The position numbers and the translations under genes were made by a program. Below the pieces are notes generated by a model that was given only the letters and a program-made list of their open reading frames with translations, was not told the origin of the DNA and made no database searches. Shown here piece by piece: positions 34,866 through 48,392 of a stretch of DNA of 64,000 nt; position 1 is the stretch's first letter; every line of letters begins with the position of its first letter. Source of the DNA: Marsupella aquatica (taxonomy: Eukaryota; Plantae; Marchantiophyta); contig OZ316893.1 in assembly GCA_973895155.1 (NCBI GenBank), forward strand, positions 14,662,645 through 14,726,644, given 5' to 3'.

Positions 34866-35524
34866 TTCCGAATTTGAGGCTACTTTGCTGGAGCATTGGT
34901 ACTTCAATTGAAACGACAGCAGCTGCGGCAGCAACTGTCACGATGGGCGGAAGATCGGCACCGAGGGCCGCCGCGTTGGTTTGGGGATGGTGGCGATGCG
35001 ATGGAGGAAGGTGCTGGAAGTGTACAGCCGGAATGCCCGGAGGGGCGAGGGGTCTGTGGTGATGCGGCAATCTGTCATGTCAATTGTGATGGAGCTCATG
35101 AGTAATCGTTGCAGGAGGATTGGTGTCGGAGATGGTGACATTGATGTGATTGGCGGACGGCTGAGGGTGGAGAACATGGAGATTAGGGCGTGAGAAGAAC
35201 CTCGGGAACGTCATTTGTTTGGTTAGATTTTTTGTTTGCGAATGTGCTGAATCTACATTCTTGGCTGAATTGATGTGGCGTCTTCTCGGCTCATGAGAGT
35301 TGAGATTGAACCGGAGAGTAGTTGAGAGGAAGCAGCTTTTCTACAGGCGATGGTGTTGTACGGTTTGAGAGGTTTTTAGAATTGAACTGTGCTTCGAGGC
35401 TGAAGAGATTCAAAGGGGCAAGGGGCAAACTTCTGGGGAAGCCATTGAGCCGGAATGAATTTTAGGGTCCATCACCGGAAATGGAGGAGGGGGTGACTTT
35501 GTGCGGCATGAGACTCCGTTGCGA

Positions 35525-38310
35525 ATGACGGAATTTGGAGGTGCTGAGAGTTCTGGGGCTGCTAAGCGGCTGAGAGTGGAGGCAGAAGAGGAGGCAGTGG
35601 CAGAGGCTGGAGCGGTGCAACATCGGCAAGCCGTGAGGATGGTGAATTTCGAGTTTGCCTACAATAATCCCCACTTCTCTGACCGACTTCTACATCTGCA
35701 AGTTTGCTCTCCGACAGGTGCTCAGGTGCCTCTCTTTGCCATTCCTGCAAATAGTCTCCACTCTTCCCTACGCCACCTCCCATTCAAAGGGCTCCCTCCA
35801 TCCCTGTTTTCTATATTGTCTTCACCATACAACAATGTTTGTAGATTCTACTGTAGGTTCAGGGCGGAGGGGTGAATTTGCTGTTTTATTTGCGGAAGAT
35901 TCCCCTTTTTTGCTGTGGACTTTCTACATACACAAACTTAGCCATTTACTCGTTAGTTTCGGGTTGTCAAGGTATCTCACGTTTACTTTCTTTGCAACCT
36001 GTACCTTCCAATCAGAGGTCAAGGCTTTGCCATTTTGTGCCTCACCTCATGGAGGTGACAGAGCAATGAGATCTACCTCAAGCTTGAACTGATCAGTACA
36101 TTAATTATTGTTCTAGATTTGCGAAGAAAGGGGAATGCATTTCTTAGGGAGAGCATATTGGTCGTTACCAGACGCAACACGACTGATTTCTAAACCTGGC
36201 ACACTTAAATTCAAGAATTTCCCTCGGGGTCCCTCCAAGGGACCCAGTTGTCTTCTACGTGTTCAGCCATTAACGTAACGAGTCAGAGAATGGACGCAGA
36301 ATAATCGCTCGTCAAATGTACATTTCTGATTTGGAAGATGGATGTGGCATGGTTGAATGCCGAATGCAATCAGCAGTAGAAGGGGGAACATGCTCTTTAT
36401 CCAATGTCAACCCAAAGGATGGAGAGATGCGAACGGTAAATGGGCTCCATGAACAGTGCTCATAGTTGACACACCCGACTCGCAAATGATTCCAATTTTC
36501 TCTGCTTGAAAGTTGATACCTCTGAATGAAAGGTGAAAAAGTTTGAAACCTCTGGGCAAATAGACCATAACTACACGGGGGCCACTCAGAAAAGTGGCAT
36601 TTGTACTTGACACAATATATGGCTCGCTTGTCTTAAATTTGTCCCGGTAATACAGCATGATCGTGAGTTTGTCAAGTTTTTAAGCTTCGCTACCTGTGCA
36701 TTGCCTCAATTTTAATCTAGTACTGTTCTTCAATTAAATCCAGGGCCATAAAGGAGAAGGAGCGGAGAATGTTGAAGAGAAGAAAATGCAGGTTGAAAAG
36801 ATCCACGTGAGCTCCGTGCTTCTAGCAGCTCACTCGGACTATTTCATGAGGCTCTTTTCAAACGGAATGAGTGAATCCAGTGGCATTGCAACCGTTCAAA
36901 TTACTGAAGATGGTAGGGTTTCCGTCAACCATGTCCTGTCTTCTCTCTCGTTTCGTATTTCCCGATCTTTTTATGTGGTTTGGTGCTTCGCTTCGGTGGC
37001 GGATTTCACATTTTCGCGATCCGCCATTGTATTAATAAGTGTCTGATTCTTTAAGATCCGAGGGCTTTGCAGAGAGGCGAGGACTACAAGAGCTTATACG
37101 GTATATGTACACTGGCGGTTTGGCAGAACCAGCAGATGCCGAGGCGACTGTGACTTTATTGGGTTTGGCTGACCGCTTTGCGATCTCATCTTGTATGGAG
37201 CCTCTCGCTGAAGCTCTGAAACGATTTCCAAGCAATCTACATGACTGCCTCCTTGTCTTGGGGCTTCCTGACTCCCTGAAGTTAGACAAAGCGGTACAGC
37301 CAGTTGTGGAGCAATGTCGGAACTATCTTGCAAAACAATTTCAGGATGTGATTTTGAAATTTGAGGACTTCCTCTCTCTCAGCGTTGAGGGCGTGAAAGT
37401 TGTGTTGGACAGTGATGCGCTCAATGTATCATATGAGGAGGAGGTGTTTCAGATTCTGCTTAGGTGGCTTGAGAAGAATTTTCAAGACGTAGAAGAACAA
37501 AAGCAAGTGATGGAGGAGATTATAGAGGTGGTGAGGTTTCCTTGGATGACCGGAGATTTCCTCGCAGATGTTGTGACACCACATCCACTAATGCAAAGTG
37601 CTAAATGCCGTAACCTCATCACGGAGGCTGTGACATTCAAGAGTTTTACTCACTCCAGACAGCAGCAGATGATCTGGAATAAAACTAATCACAACCGGTA
37701 TCGTTATCGAAACCTTCTCATCCTGGAAAATTTCTGGGGCCACTCCAAGACTTACACTACCAAGCTTAGTGATGACAGCTGCCAGGTCTTCTTTGAGTTT
37801 CCTCTTGAGCTGGTTATTTGTACTGGCGAAACTTTTCAGTCAAGACCCTTCTACTTGGGCAACAAATACCAATTTTATCTGGAGGCTCGGCATGGCCAGG
37901 TGAAAACTTCTTACAATCAGCAACTAACGTGCTTCATAAGTTTGGGGATTCCACCTTGCTGCTCTTTGTTTAAGTCATCTCAATCACGACATTGCACGCT
38001 CCATTACAAAATCGCAATGAAGAGAGACTATCCTCAGGGCTATGATGTAAAGCAGAGTGGTTCCCTTGACCTGACTGCCACAGAGGTCGCCGGGACATGT
38101 ATTACCTTTACAGACTTCTTCTCAGGTTGGTTTATTGAGCGTGGTTTCAGTTTTCCTCGATGGAATTTAACCATAAACGGCCCTGTGTTTCTTCGATTGG
38201 ATCTGAAACTTGTCTTTGAAGATCCGGAGCCCCAACGAGAAGTCACGGATAGAGGGTTTGAAACTGATGACACACCTTTGGACAAACTTTCAATAACCTC
38301 TCAATTTTGA
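35525..38310 (+). CDS. BTB/POZ-BACK domain protein, LRB/POB1-like CUL3 substrate adaptor; exons 35525-35725, 36744-36912, 37073-38310 (535 aa)
   Basis: NFEFAYNNPHFSDRLL, IHVSSVLLAAHSDYFMRLFSNGMSES, ELIRYMY, LLGLADRF, DALNVSYEEEVF, VRFPWM, QSRPFYLG match the plant LRB/POB1 family; intron phases (0 and 1) are consistent and the spliced CDS is open. Confidence 0.9.
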
Positions 38311-39804
38311 GGACTAGACAAAAGCCGATCTTTATCCACGGCTTCTAGTTTTGACTAGACGTGATGCTTTCTGTATGAGTACCCTGGGTTTGTTATGTAA
38401 AGGGTTTGGAATAAGGTTGCGGCTTGAGTTTAGGTATTCGATTAGAATTTAGGGTATCTTCTGCTAGTTGGTCTGAAGTCAATTGCATCGATCTTGCATT
38501 ACATCCGGATACCTCATCATCATTGGCAAATGAAACCGGAGGAGTTTTTGCTCAGGGTTCTGGTTCTCAGGCTTCACGATGTGCCGTAGGTTCAGCCAAA
38601 GCTGACTGGTTTTTGTACCAACTTTTGCCTCGGAGCCATGATCCTTCCATTGCTAGATGATGGTAGCAGCATAGATAGTGGGAGATTCTGGAAGTGGATA
38701 GTGAGCAACAACTGGACGGCATGGATTCTTTGCAAGCAAGGTATAATCGAGGGGGACTAAATATGATGTTGTGACATTTGTCATACATTGGAATTTAGTT
38801 TGACCTTGAGAAACGAGAGGGCATTTCACGTCTTCAGAAACTGCCGAATATTTCAAAAACGAGCCTTAGGGTCTTTTCGATCTTGGTCATTTTGAATTCT
38901 CATTTCCACATTCCAGACAACATGCTGGTGGGATTTATTACGTATCACCGTGTGGTTCTCTTTGCTTTGGTATGGTCTGTTTCTTCTCATTCTTTCCTCC
39001 GATGTGTGCTTCTAGTGAAAGCGTGATTTGTTCTTTCTCCAGTTTGCGGGGTTGCAACAGGTATGAGTTTCATCGAAATAGATCGACGGTTTAAGCTGTT
39101 TTGTGACTTTCAGGGCACACAGAAACTATACATGTTTGAAGAGAGCTACGATCATTAGCCATACGCCAGGAAATATGCCTCATCCAACACATCTAAAAGT
39201 TTGCAAGCTTCACTTCGTACTTCTGATAATACGTAACTATCAAAATCTTCGTCTTTTCCTGGAGCTTTATGGCATGACAGGGGATCTAATAATTGGTGGC
39301 GCATTGTCTTCATATGGGCTGGCTGGTTCCTCCCTGAATTTTATGGATTCATTAATACTACCTAGTACTCATTCAAGTCAAACACAAATAAAGAAACAAT
39401 GATTGTTGGCTTGATAAGGATCTGACAGTTGTAATGCACTTGAATGGAAAGTAGAAATCAAGTGCTATTATTCGAGGCTGGATGGCACTACGGAGACAAT
39501 CAGCACATATCTAAATTGTCTGTCGCAACCGTTTTCCTTTCAAGATTGGAAAGGCAAGTTGTTCAATCGGGATTAATTTTGGTTTGTTTTTGTATGAGTG
39601 AATTGTATGCTGTTCCATACTTGTGGTGCTTCAGTCTTCCAAGAGGGTTGTAGGGACCAATGGAAGGGAGGTAAAACCATACCTATGCAATCTATCCCCA
39701 AATGGCGTTACAAGAAAGGAAAGTGTTATGCATGATTGTATCATAGTCGTGGGCTAGCCAAGCGATATTGCGCGTGGCTTACTGCAAGGGATCGATGCCA
39801 TTTA

Positions 39805-39880
39805 TTTGTGTGATCATCAGTGTCGCCATTTACTTGTGCGATCATCAGTGTCGCCATTACTTTTGTGATCATCAGTGTCT
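39805..39880 (+). repeat. Three ~29-bp tandem repeats
   Basis: TTGTG.GATCATCAGTGTCGCCATT unit, three copies. Confidence 0.85.
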
Positions 39881-42800
39881 CAACTGTACCCGTACGACTA
39901 TAACCTGACTTTGCCTCTAGAAGGTAAATGAGAAGGCTGAACATCTCTCAATGTAAACACAGGCAGTTGCCCAAAAGGCTAGAACCCAAGAAGAGGTGCC
40001 CAGTCCATACAACTGGCCCGTTGTGTACACAATAGGTGAGAACAAGAGGAATGGGTGACCACTCTCTAGTATTTCCCGTTTCACTGTCTCTTCCACATCC
40101 TGTAAGACCAGAGATCTTACTATGGGGCTTCTCTGGCCAAAATATAAACTCTGGATCTGAAAGACGGCTAGAGCTTGAACTGTACACGTCCAGCCTAAAC
40201 TGGATGAATGCGGCCTTGGCTGAATGTGGTTGCTTTCCACGTGTGGCCCTGGCTGAATTGTCCAAGCTTCTCTGGGAAAGCTAATCTGGACCCTCCGTAG
40301 TCCACAGTATTTAACAGCAAAAGCATGAGGTTACTATCAGAGAAGTAGCAGATGGTCAGCCAGGACAAAGTCCACCTTGAATGGTCTGCACCAACTAGAG
40401 AAGTTCAATGAAAACAGTGAGTCTTCTCAACAATTCAGAATATTCAAGCTAGGGTAGTATATACCCGTGCTGCCCCTTTCCATTCCTCTCCCAAATTTTC
40501 AGAGAGAATCCACACCACTTCTCAAAACAATTACAAGCCACAAACTACAGGAAATCAACCTAGAATAGCTGGGATTGGCCTTGCGCTGGACTACTCCTTC
40601 AACAAGTGGCTAAAACTCTCAGCAGTCAGCAGAAGCCAGAGCAAAAGCCCTTGTGGAGTGGTGCATGGCAACTTAATGAATCTCCCACATTTGTCACTTT
40701 TACCCTGGTGAATATGCAGGTGGCTTTGAATGGCCCACATTGTTCCGATGTGCATGTGTACACATGGAGCTCAATTAGAGATTGTAGTATCTAAGATCTG
40801 GATGAAACACCTGGAGCAGAATAAGACATTGTGAGACTCTAAGAGATCTGGATGAAACACCTCACTTTGTTAGTAAGAACGTCCCCAGGGGGCCATAACA
40901 CGTCAACAAGTGTCCAGATGGATTTTAACTTCAATAAAGTAGAAATGGTCAACCAAATGACGCTTTTTGCATCCCCTTCATCCACTTGGAGCAAACGGAT
41001 TACTCAAGAACTGTAGAAAAGGCCACCAAAATATGCACCTTTTATTTCCTCCTTCAATGGAGGGGACATGGACCTCCAGTGTTTGCTAAAATGCTTGGAT
41101 ATGAATTTTGCAACCTGGATGGACTGAAGCCAAAGCCTCTTTTCTGCTCATATAGCACATTTTACACCAACAAGTGAAATGTGCAAGAAAATCTGACAAG
41201 ATTTATCTTTGGAAATTTACTGGGTTTTTTCTTTCAATGAAATTTGACAATATTAGGTTCATTGGAAAGATCTTTCCAAACCAATTCTAACTAACCTCAA
41301 ACAATCATGAGATTCCCTTGGATATGCAGGGAGATACTTGATGTCAACGTTAGCTCTCAAAAACTTTTGGAAATGCAAAATATGGGTAGTGAAAGATAGA
41401 GTAAATTTAGAAATCATGAAAACAAGAGATATTAGACTGGTTGGAAAGATATTCCAAGCTTCTAAGAGCCCAAGGAAAGCCAATTCCATTGGATATGAAG
41501 GGAGAAATTGATTGTCCCCACTAAAACTGGAAATTAGTTTGAGGACCCCTTGGTCATGTAAGTTTGATGCTATTCAACAAGTTAGAGCACATGAAGAGTT
41601 GCATTTGGGAATATGTTTGAATTGGAGATGGGAGGAAACAAAGAGTAGCTTATTCATGGTAGTAGTAGTCCATGCACAAGGTTCCCTTGGTACTCCTATG
41701 GTTATACAGTACATGTAACATTCCAATCATAGAGTACATGTAAAATGTTATAGAAGCCAAACGGTTGCTTTCTTGCTTGTGGTATTCCTTTATCTATAAT
41801 AGCCAAAAGGCTTCGTATGTTCACTTGGTATTACTCTGCATATACAGTCCATGTACCATTCCAATCATAGAGTCCATGCAAATGTCATAGAGACCAAAGG
41901 GTATTATGTTCCTCTGGACTCCTCTATCCATAGAATGTTATAGAGGCCAATTCAAAAGGTTTGGTATGTTCCCTTGGTTTCTTATTACCTTTCAACCCAT
42001 GGTTATTTCCAAAAATATTGCTAATTAAATTGAAAAATCATACCATTTACTGGGAAACACTGATATATCAATCAAAACCAACTCAAAGGTTATTTCTTTT
42101 ACCCCCTTTTCACCCTTTCTTTGTTTATTTGTAATGTTACTTTTTAAATTTCCATTGTTTTTACGTTGACAAGGTCTAAGTATTTTTCTTTGACTTGCCT
42201 CAAACTCATATATTCATGTTTGCTTCTTCTTGCATAACAAACAGTTCTTGGTTATGACCAATATGCACATGCTTCCAAAATTTGCTTCTAGGGATTTTGG
42301 AAGGAGTTTCCTGTGGGGTGTCGATTAGTGAAGATGTAAAAGAGTTCAAGGTCCATGGGGTTACATAGTTCACTGGCTCCATGGGGTTAGATGGCTCAGT
42401 CGCTCAGTCTATAAGATCAACATTTTGTTAAAACTTTTTGTTTTGAGGGTAATATCATGTGAAACCCCATAGAAAGGAAACACTCAGCCACAATATTTGA
42501 ACCCAAGACCTATCAGTCACAACTCAGTGAGTTACCTCACAGCATGCCTCTGTGGGGCTTGATGAGATCATTTTTGAGTTGTGGTAACTACACATCAAAC
42601 AACAGCAGCTCCATACATAGAAGCAACAACACCCCTTGGGAATCACTCGTTGTATTATTAGAAGGGGATGTGAACAAATGAAGGTTATTTTTAATCTTGT
42701 CGGCTAATAATTATAATTAACACTTATACTAAAAACATTAAAAAATTCAATTTTGATAGCAAAAATTATTATTTGTTTAGCAAGGTATTTAAAAACTTGT

Positions 42801-43937
42801 CAATGTTGTGTAATAAATAATAAAAGGGTTTTTGAATTGAATTTATTTTGGAATTGAATTTTTTGAATTTAATGTATTTGTTTTCACATGATTTAGTGGT
42901 TTTTACACTAATTTATTTCAAAGAAAATAACACTAACTAATATAAAAGAACAATTAGATTTATTGTGGTGAAAAAGCTCGATGCATAGAAGCAATAACAC
43001 CAAGTAATATAAGAAAACAATTAGGTTCATTGTGGTGGAAAATGAGTTCCAACTGTGGGCACTTGCCAAGTAGCACACTACACCCTATGCTCCAGCATTA
43101 TCTCCAATTACCGCCAGACATCCTTTTCCTGTCATGGACTCATGGTAAGTAACTCCATTGTGGTCTACTGAGAATAATGAGAGGGCATACCAACAATGCA
43201 AACAGGCACTGAACCTTGGACGTGGTGCGATCAGCACCCTGACTGCTAGTGATGGTGGCAGCACCTCATTCAGCATTATACTATCATCATCTTGACCTGC
43301 TGATGATGGTGGCGGCTCCCTTACTACCATTTTAACATAGTTGTGACCAGGTTTTGTAAAATTATTTTAACTTGCTTCTAGACTGTTGTGGGTGACCAAT
43401 TTCACTTTAGCCAAAAAAATTATCAGTCTACTTTTGAGGCTAAAAAGAAATCTCAATGTATTTTTGAATGGTATTCAGCTGATACCTAGCCAGAACATGT
43501 GCTCAGGGCCAAGTTCAACTGAAAACACTATTTTACACTATTTTCCGAGTCAATTTCAGTCTGGAATTTAGTTTCCTTGCCATTTCCTGAAACTGCCCAC
43601 ATAGTTTTCCAGCCCACCTTCTTTGAAACTTCACATTTTTGCAGCACCAAATAATAACCAATTGTTTTTTTGGGTGATCCTAAATACCACTACGCTACTC
43701 TCTGGTTACAGTTCCCTTCAGGGTGGACTCCTTCAAGTCTAGCTGACTTGACCATTGACCTGATCAGACAACACCAACCCAGAACTTTGGGGGCAGGGTC
43801 TTGTTTACTTGGTCCTTCCCCTCAAAACTATCAAGATCAGCCTGGCCTTGTGTGCGTCAGGAGGTAGGGGATGGTTGGGTTGGTGTCCTCTTGGGGGGAG
43901 GGGGGATTCACTAAGTGTAATTCCTACAAGTTTTCTA

Positions 43938-44319
43938 CACTGTTCACCTTAATTAGTGTGACTAACACTAATTCGAGAGCGCCCATTTTCAGGGTCTACT
44001 CGTGAATTAGTGTTAGTCACACTAATTTTGTGCTAACATTATATTCGCGCACATGAATTAGTGTTACTATGGTCTTAAAAGTGGCAAAATACAAAGGAAA
44101 AAACTATTTTAAAAAATCCACAACAATTAGTGTTACTTTGGACTAGAGATCATCCGTTTTTTACAAGCAATTTAAACTAAACTGAAAAAAATTCATTTTG
44201 AAAACCGATAAAAATTAGTGTTACTTGGACTCAAAATCATTTTTACCAAAATTAGTGTTAGTAACACTAATTTTGTACTAACACTAATTCTTGCATAACA
44301 CTAATTACGGTGAACAGTG
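43938..44319. mobile_element. Tc1/mariner-type MITE, TA TSD
   Basis: TA|CACTGTTCACCTTAATTAGTGT ... ACACTAATTACGGTGAACAGTG|TA; many internal AATTAGTGTTA/TAACACTAATT repeats. Confidence 0.88.
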
Positions 44320-44329
44320 TAGTTGAACC

Positions 44330-44900
44330 CCAAGCAGATTGCCAGCAACGATATTGGGTACACACTCTCTGCTTCATTTCCCCTAAGTACCCTCACTCAC
44401 TTCTATTTCTTTGGCCAAAAGCTCTTGCCTGAAAACATCATGCTTACCTGACTTGCAACGAAGGTTCCATTTTGAGATGAACTTCAATAAATACAAAGTC
44501 CATTAATGAAGGAGCCAAGGTTTGGAAACTCTGCCATAGGCATAAAACAGTACTCCACATCAGCATTTGCTTGGGTCAGCTGCCTGATTTGTAGACACAA
44601 GCTATATTTAAGTGAAGCCAACTGTAGCCATTTATACTCATTATAAGGTCCAGATACTATCTCAGAGGGAATCAAAATAAGAAGTGAACTCTCTTGTAAA
44701 GTGACCCTAAGAAGAATTGGGCTTCCAACCTTCCAAAGAGATGCGAAATTCTCCATTTCAATTGGCAACCTGGATTTTGTGTGTGGACAAGGAATCAATG
44801 TTCCTCCTTGCTTGAAGAAGAACCAATATTGAGGAGAATCCAAGTATTTGGTACTACATTTTCTTGTCTGGAGTTATTAACTCATTGACATAGATGGATC
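44330..44900 (-). pseudogene. Degenerate L1/LINE ORF2 fragment (tentative)
   Basis: Trp-rich decayed reading frames resembling plant L1 C-terminal regions; no intact catalytic motif seen. Confidence 0.3.
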
Positions 44901-45984
44901 AAAATAAATAAATCATTGCTGAATGATTCTGACTTTTCAGTTACAATATTCTTTTGGAGAGGTATTAATATTTATTTAAAAAAATCCTATCAAACAAGAT
45001 ATTAATTACTGAAGTGGCTCAAACATTATAGAGAAAGAAACTATATTCCCAAGAAAGTTAGACTTCAATTGGAGCTCACGCACATTACGCCCAATTACTG
45101 TAGTTCTTTTCTAATGTTTCAAAGGTTGCGACACCCAACCTTGCCAACAACCCTCCAAGAACAATATGCTGCACTGACTCTCGCTAAGCCTCATTGCAAG
45201 CAAAACAAACACTAATGTGTATGTCCCTTATCTTTCCTTCTTGCCTGTCTTAACATTGTCCTTTTTCCTGTCTTTGATGCTCTTGTTTTTGTTTCCCCCT
45301 CCCTTGCTTTGATGCGTTTAGTTGCTGGTGTAACCTTTGTCTGTTTGTCTTTGCCCTCTGTGTTGTTTTCTATTACTTAGGTGCTTTGAGGGCTGTCGTT
45401 ACTTATAGTGACTGACAATATGGATGCACATTGATGCAGCCATTCCCCGACCCTGACATTGATATATAAATTACAAGCTGTGAATGAAGCCAGATGTGGA
45501 ACAGATGTTGGGCTACTGGTAGAGCAGCGGAGTGGGGCCAAGCATATGTGAATTTCAAATCTGGTAAGCCACAAGCTTCTTTCAACATACCCCCCCCCCA
45601 CACACACACACAATGTGGGGGTTAATTCATTTTGACACTAAGAAAATTCACGAAAGCTAACCTTTTGCAGGCAGGAGACGAAGAGGTCGGGGTTGCAGGC
45701 AGGACGTGACCGAGGCTTGCTGATGAACTTCAATATTATCCTTCGCACTGAATTTGCCTTTTACGAATTGCTGGTGTCCTGTCTCCTCTATGACTGCACC
45801 GGCATGTACTTCCTATTAGTTGGCAAAAAATGTCATCCAATTTAGAAAAATGGCATTGAACTACCTCAGGCACCCTGTAAAACAAGTTACTGATATAAAT
45901 GGATTGTGTGATAATTATTTTAAAAACTTTATTTCTTGATGTATATGTTGAGCATAGACAAAAATTGCAACGGTAAGCACATGA

Positions 45985-46288
45985 CACATCCAACGCGCAA
46001 GTAGTCAACACAAGAGATACGTGGTTCACCTCCTCGAGACTACGTCCACGGGAACACACAAGAGAGCTTCACTGAACTCTAAGCCCGCCGGCTAAACCAA
46101 GTCTCCAAAGTGTAAGCTCTCCTCATCTCTCAAGTGACTCTGTTACAATGAGCCTAAGTTTCACTTATCCAAGCAAACATCGTTTGGCATATAGTGTGCA
46201 TCCTAGTTAACCTAACCACGTCTACGACTATGGTTAGCCTAACTACGGTTACATGTCATAACCCTAGACCTTGAGTAAATACCTAACT
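45985..46288 (-). mobile_element. Isolated Copia LTR fragment related to 32765-33070
   Basis: GAGATACGTGGTTCACCTCC...CTACGTCCACGGGAACACACAAGAG is the reverse complement of the 32990-33045 segment. Confidence 0.75.
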
Positions 46289-48392
46289 GTATACCCTGTT
46301 GAGATCTATTAGTGTATTCTGATTTTGTGTGACTACATCTTTTGATTTTGTGTGACTTTATCATCTTATGAAACTGAAGCATCTATATATAGCATGTTCA
46401 TCCTGGAATATCTTTTTTTGTCTTGTAGTGTAGTCATTCATTTAATTTTATTTATGATAAAAGAAGAGGGTAGATGTAAAATACATATTAAGAAAATAAT
46501 ATCCTATAATTAAGAGTGAATGAGAGAATACATAAAACCATAAATATACATGCAACGAAAAACACATAATGACCAAGGAAAGTACTGAGGTACTCAAGAG
46601 TTGTGCACGTAAGGTACCTATTTCACTTGCTTCTAAGTAATGACAATCAACTCCTTTAAAACCATAAATTTTGTAAAGGAAACCATTAGGGGACTTAGTA
46701 CACCACATGTGCACATGGTTCAAATCATTCTCACTCTCATGGTAAAAGATAAAATTCACTAAAAGGGATTGAAAAGGAAAAATTAAACAGTTATGAGGGG
46801 AGCCAAAATAAATTCAAAATAGTCTAAGTTAACTAAAATTAAAAGGGGTCCAAAAGTTAATTCAAAATCTAATTAATACAAATGATTCATCTTGTTAAGG
46901 CACATTAAAACCTAAATAACCCAAAATCTGCATAAGACAAAATATGAAAGTTAGATTCACCATATAGGAGTGTCAATTATGAAACTGAAGCTTCTATATA
47001 TAGAGGGCAACATCTGACAAGGTGCTCAAATGGACCACCCAAACCCACATGGACCACTCTAACACATTGCTTCTTACTCAATAGCAACTTTTCCTGGTAC
47101 GAAGGCTCTTTGTGTGAGTGCTACTTTTTACTCAATGGCACATTTCCAGTACTCATCTCTTTGGGTGTCCAAAAGTGCTTAGTGGCCTGGACTTTTTCCC
47201 TCCATTGGTTCCAATAAAATGTAACTTAGATTTCCAATGAAAAAGTGAAAAGCTTTTTTTTCTCGATTGGTTGAAATATATTGTATCTTAGATTTCCAAT
47301 CCAAAAAGTGCACAGTGCTCAGTTGGTCGGAGTCTTTAATTAGGTCAGACATTGTGGTCCATTGGAGCATCTACTGCTGTATTGGGGCCAAAAGTTGTTA
47401 TGAAGAATCACAGCCAAACAATTGCACCATTTATTTCATGTGTATTATGCTTTGTTTTGGCCTTGGAATAGTTACATTGAATCCTAAACATTACAAGATC
47501 AACAGGTGGCGAGAGGGTAATCCAAAAGAACAAACCCCATGGAACCCTTGCCCCTCCATAGCAACTGATGGAAAAGGGAAAGCGAGATGACCTAGCAGTA
47601 GAGGGGCAGACAAAGTACCACAATATGAAAGCAAAAATAAAGTTTAGGAGGGGAAACATGCCTTGTTCTCCTTTGTCTCAAATGGCTTACTTCACTCATC
47701 TAGGGTGAGGCAAACTCCAATATAGTAAAACAAATTAGAAACGAGAGATATACTTAGTGGACCTCCAAATGCAACTTTCTCTCTTAATGGACCAAAAGTT
47801 TCCCACGCCCTCCCAATGGACCCCAAAGTTTAGATTCTCTCCCAATGGACCTCCGGGCCCACTCCGTACAGGCATGTTCTTATGAAACAGCTTACCATGC
47901 AGTTCGAGTCCACTACATACCCTCTGGAAACCGTGGTTGGTCATGTGTAGTCGGCCGTCAATAACGTCGCAGTCCACAAGCGTTGTAGCCCTGGTGGCAA
48001 TCGAGCTCCGCTCAGCACCATGGCAGTTTTTGTGAATACAGTATGACTATTGTATTCAAAACAATAATTGAACGAGTTTGCGGTGGCATTGGAGCCTTCG
48101 TGCCCGGCCTCACAAGATTTCAGAATACATTGTCACTTTAGTGTTCAAGATACAAAGGAAATAGTTTATTGGAGCTTGCAACAGCCGGCAAGCCGTACCT
48201 CCCCGAACCTCCTTGCTTTTATGAAGACATTGTCCATAATGTGTACAAATCTTAAAGGAATAATTTTCAAAATTCAAATGTGCCCGCCCTTTATGGAACC
48301 CTTTCGGAACCTGTTTTGTTGTCATTTGGTTTGTTTTGTTGTCATTTGTCACCCTAAACTCAACACCTCTCGTCCCGCCAAGAAACCACGGA

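Noticed and set aside
34446-35200. Overlapping ORFs upstream of the BTB gene
   Set aside because: GC-rich leader and microsatellite translations (SARLG/LLCSA), not credible CDS.
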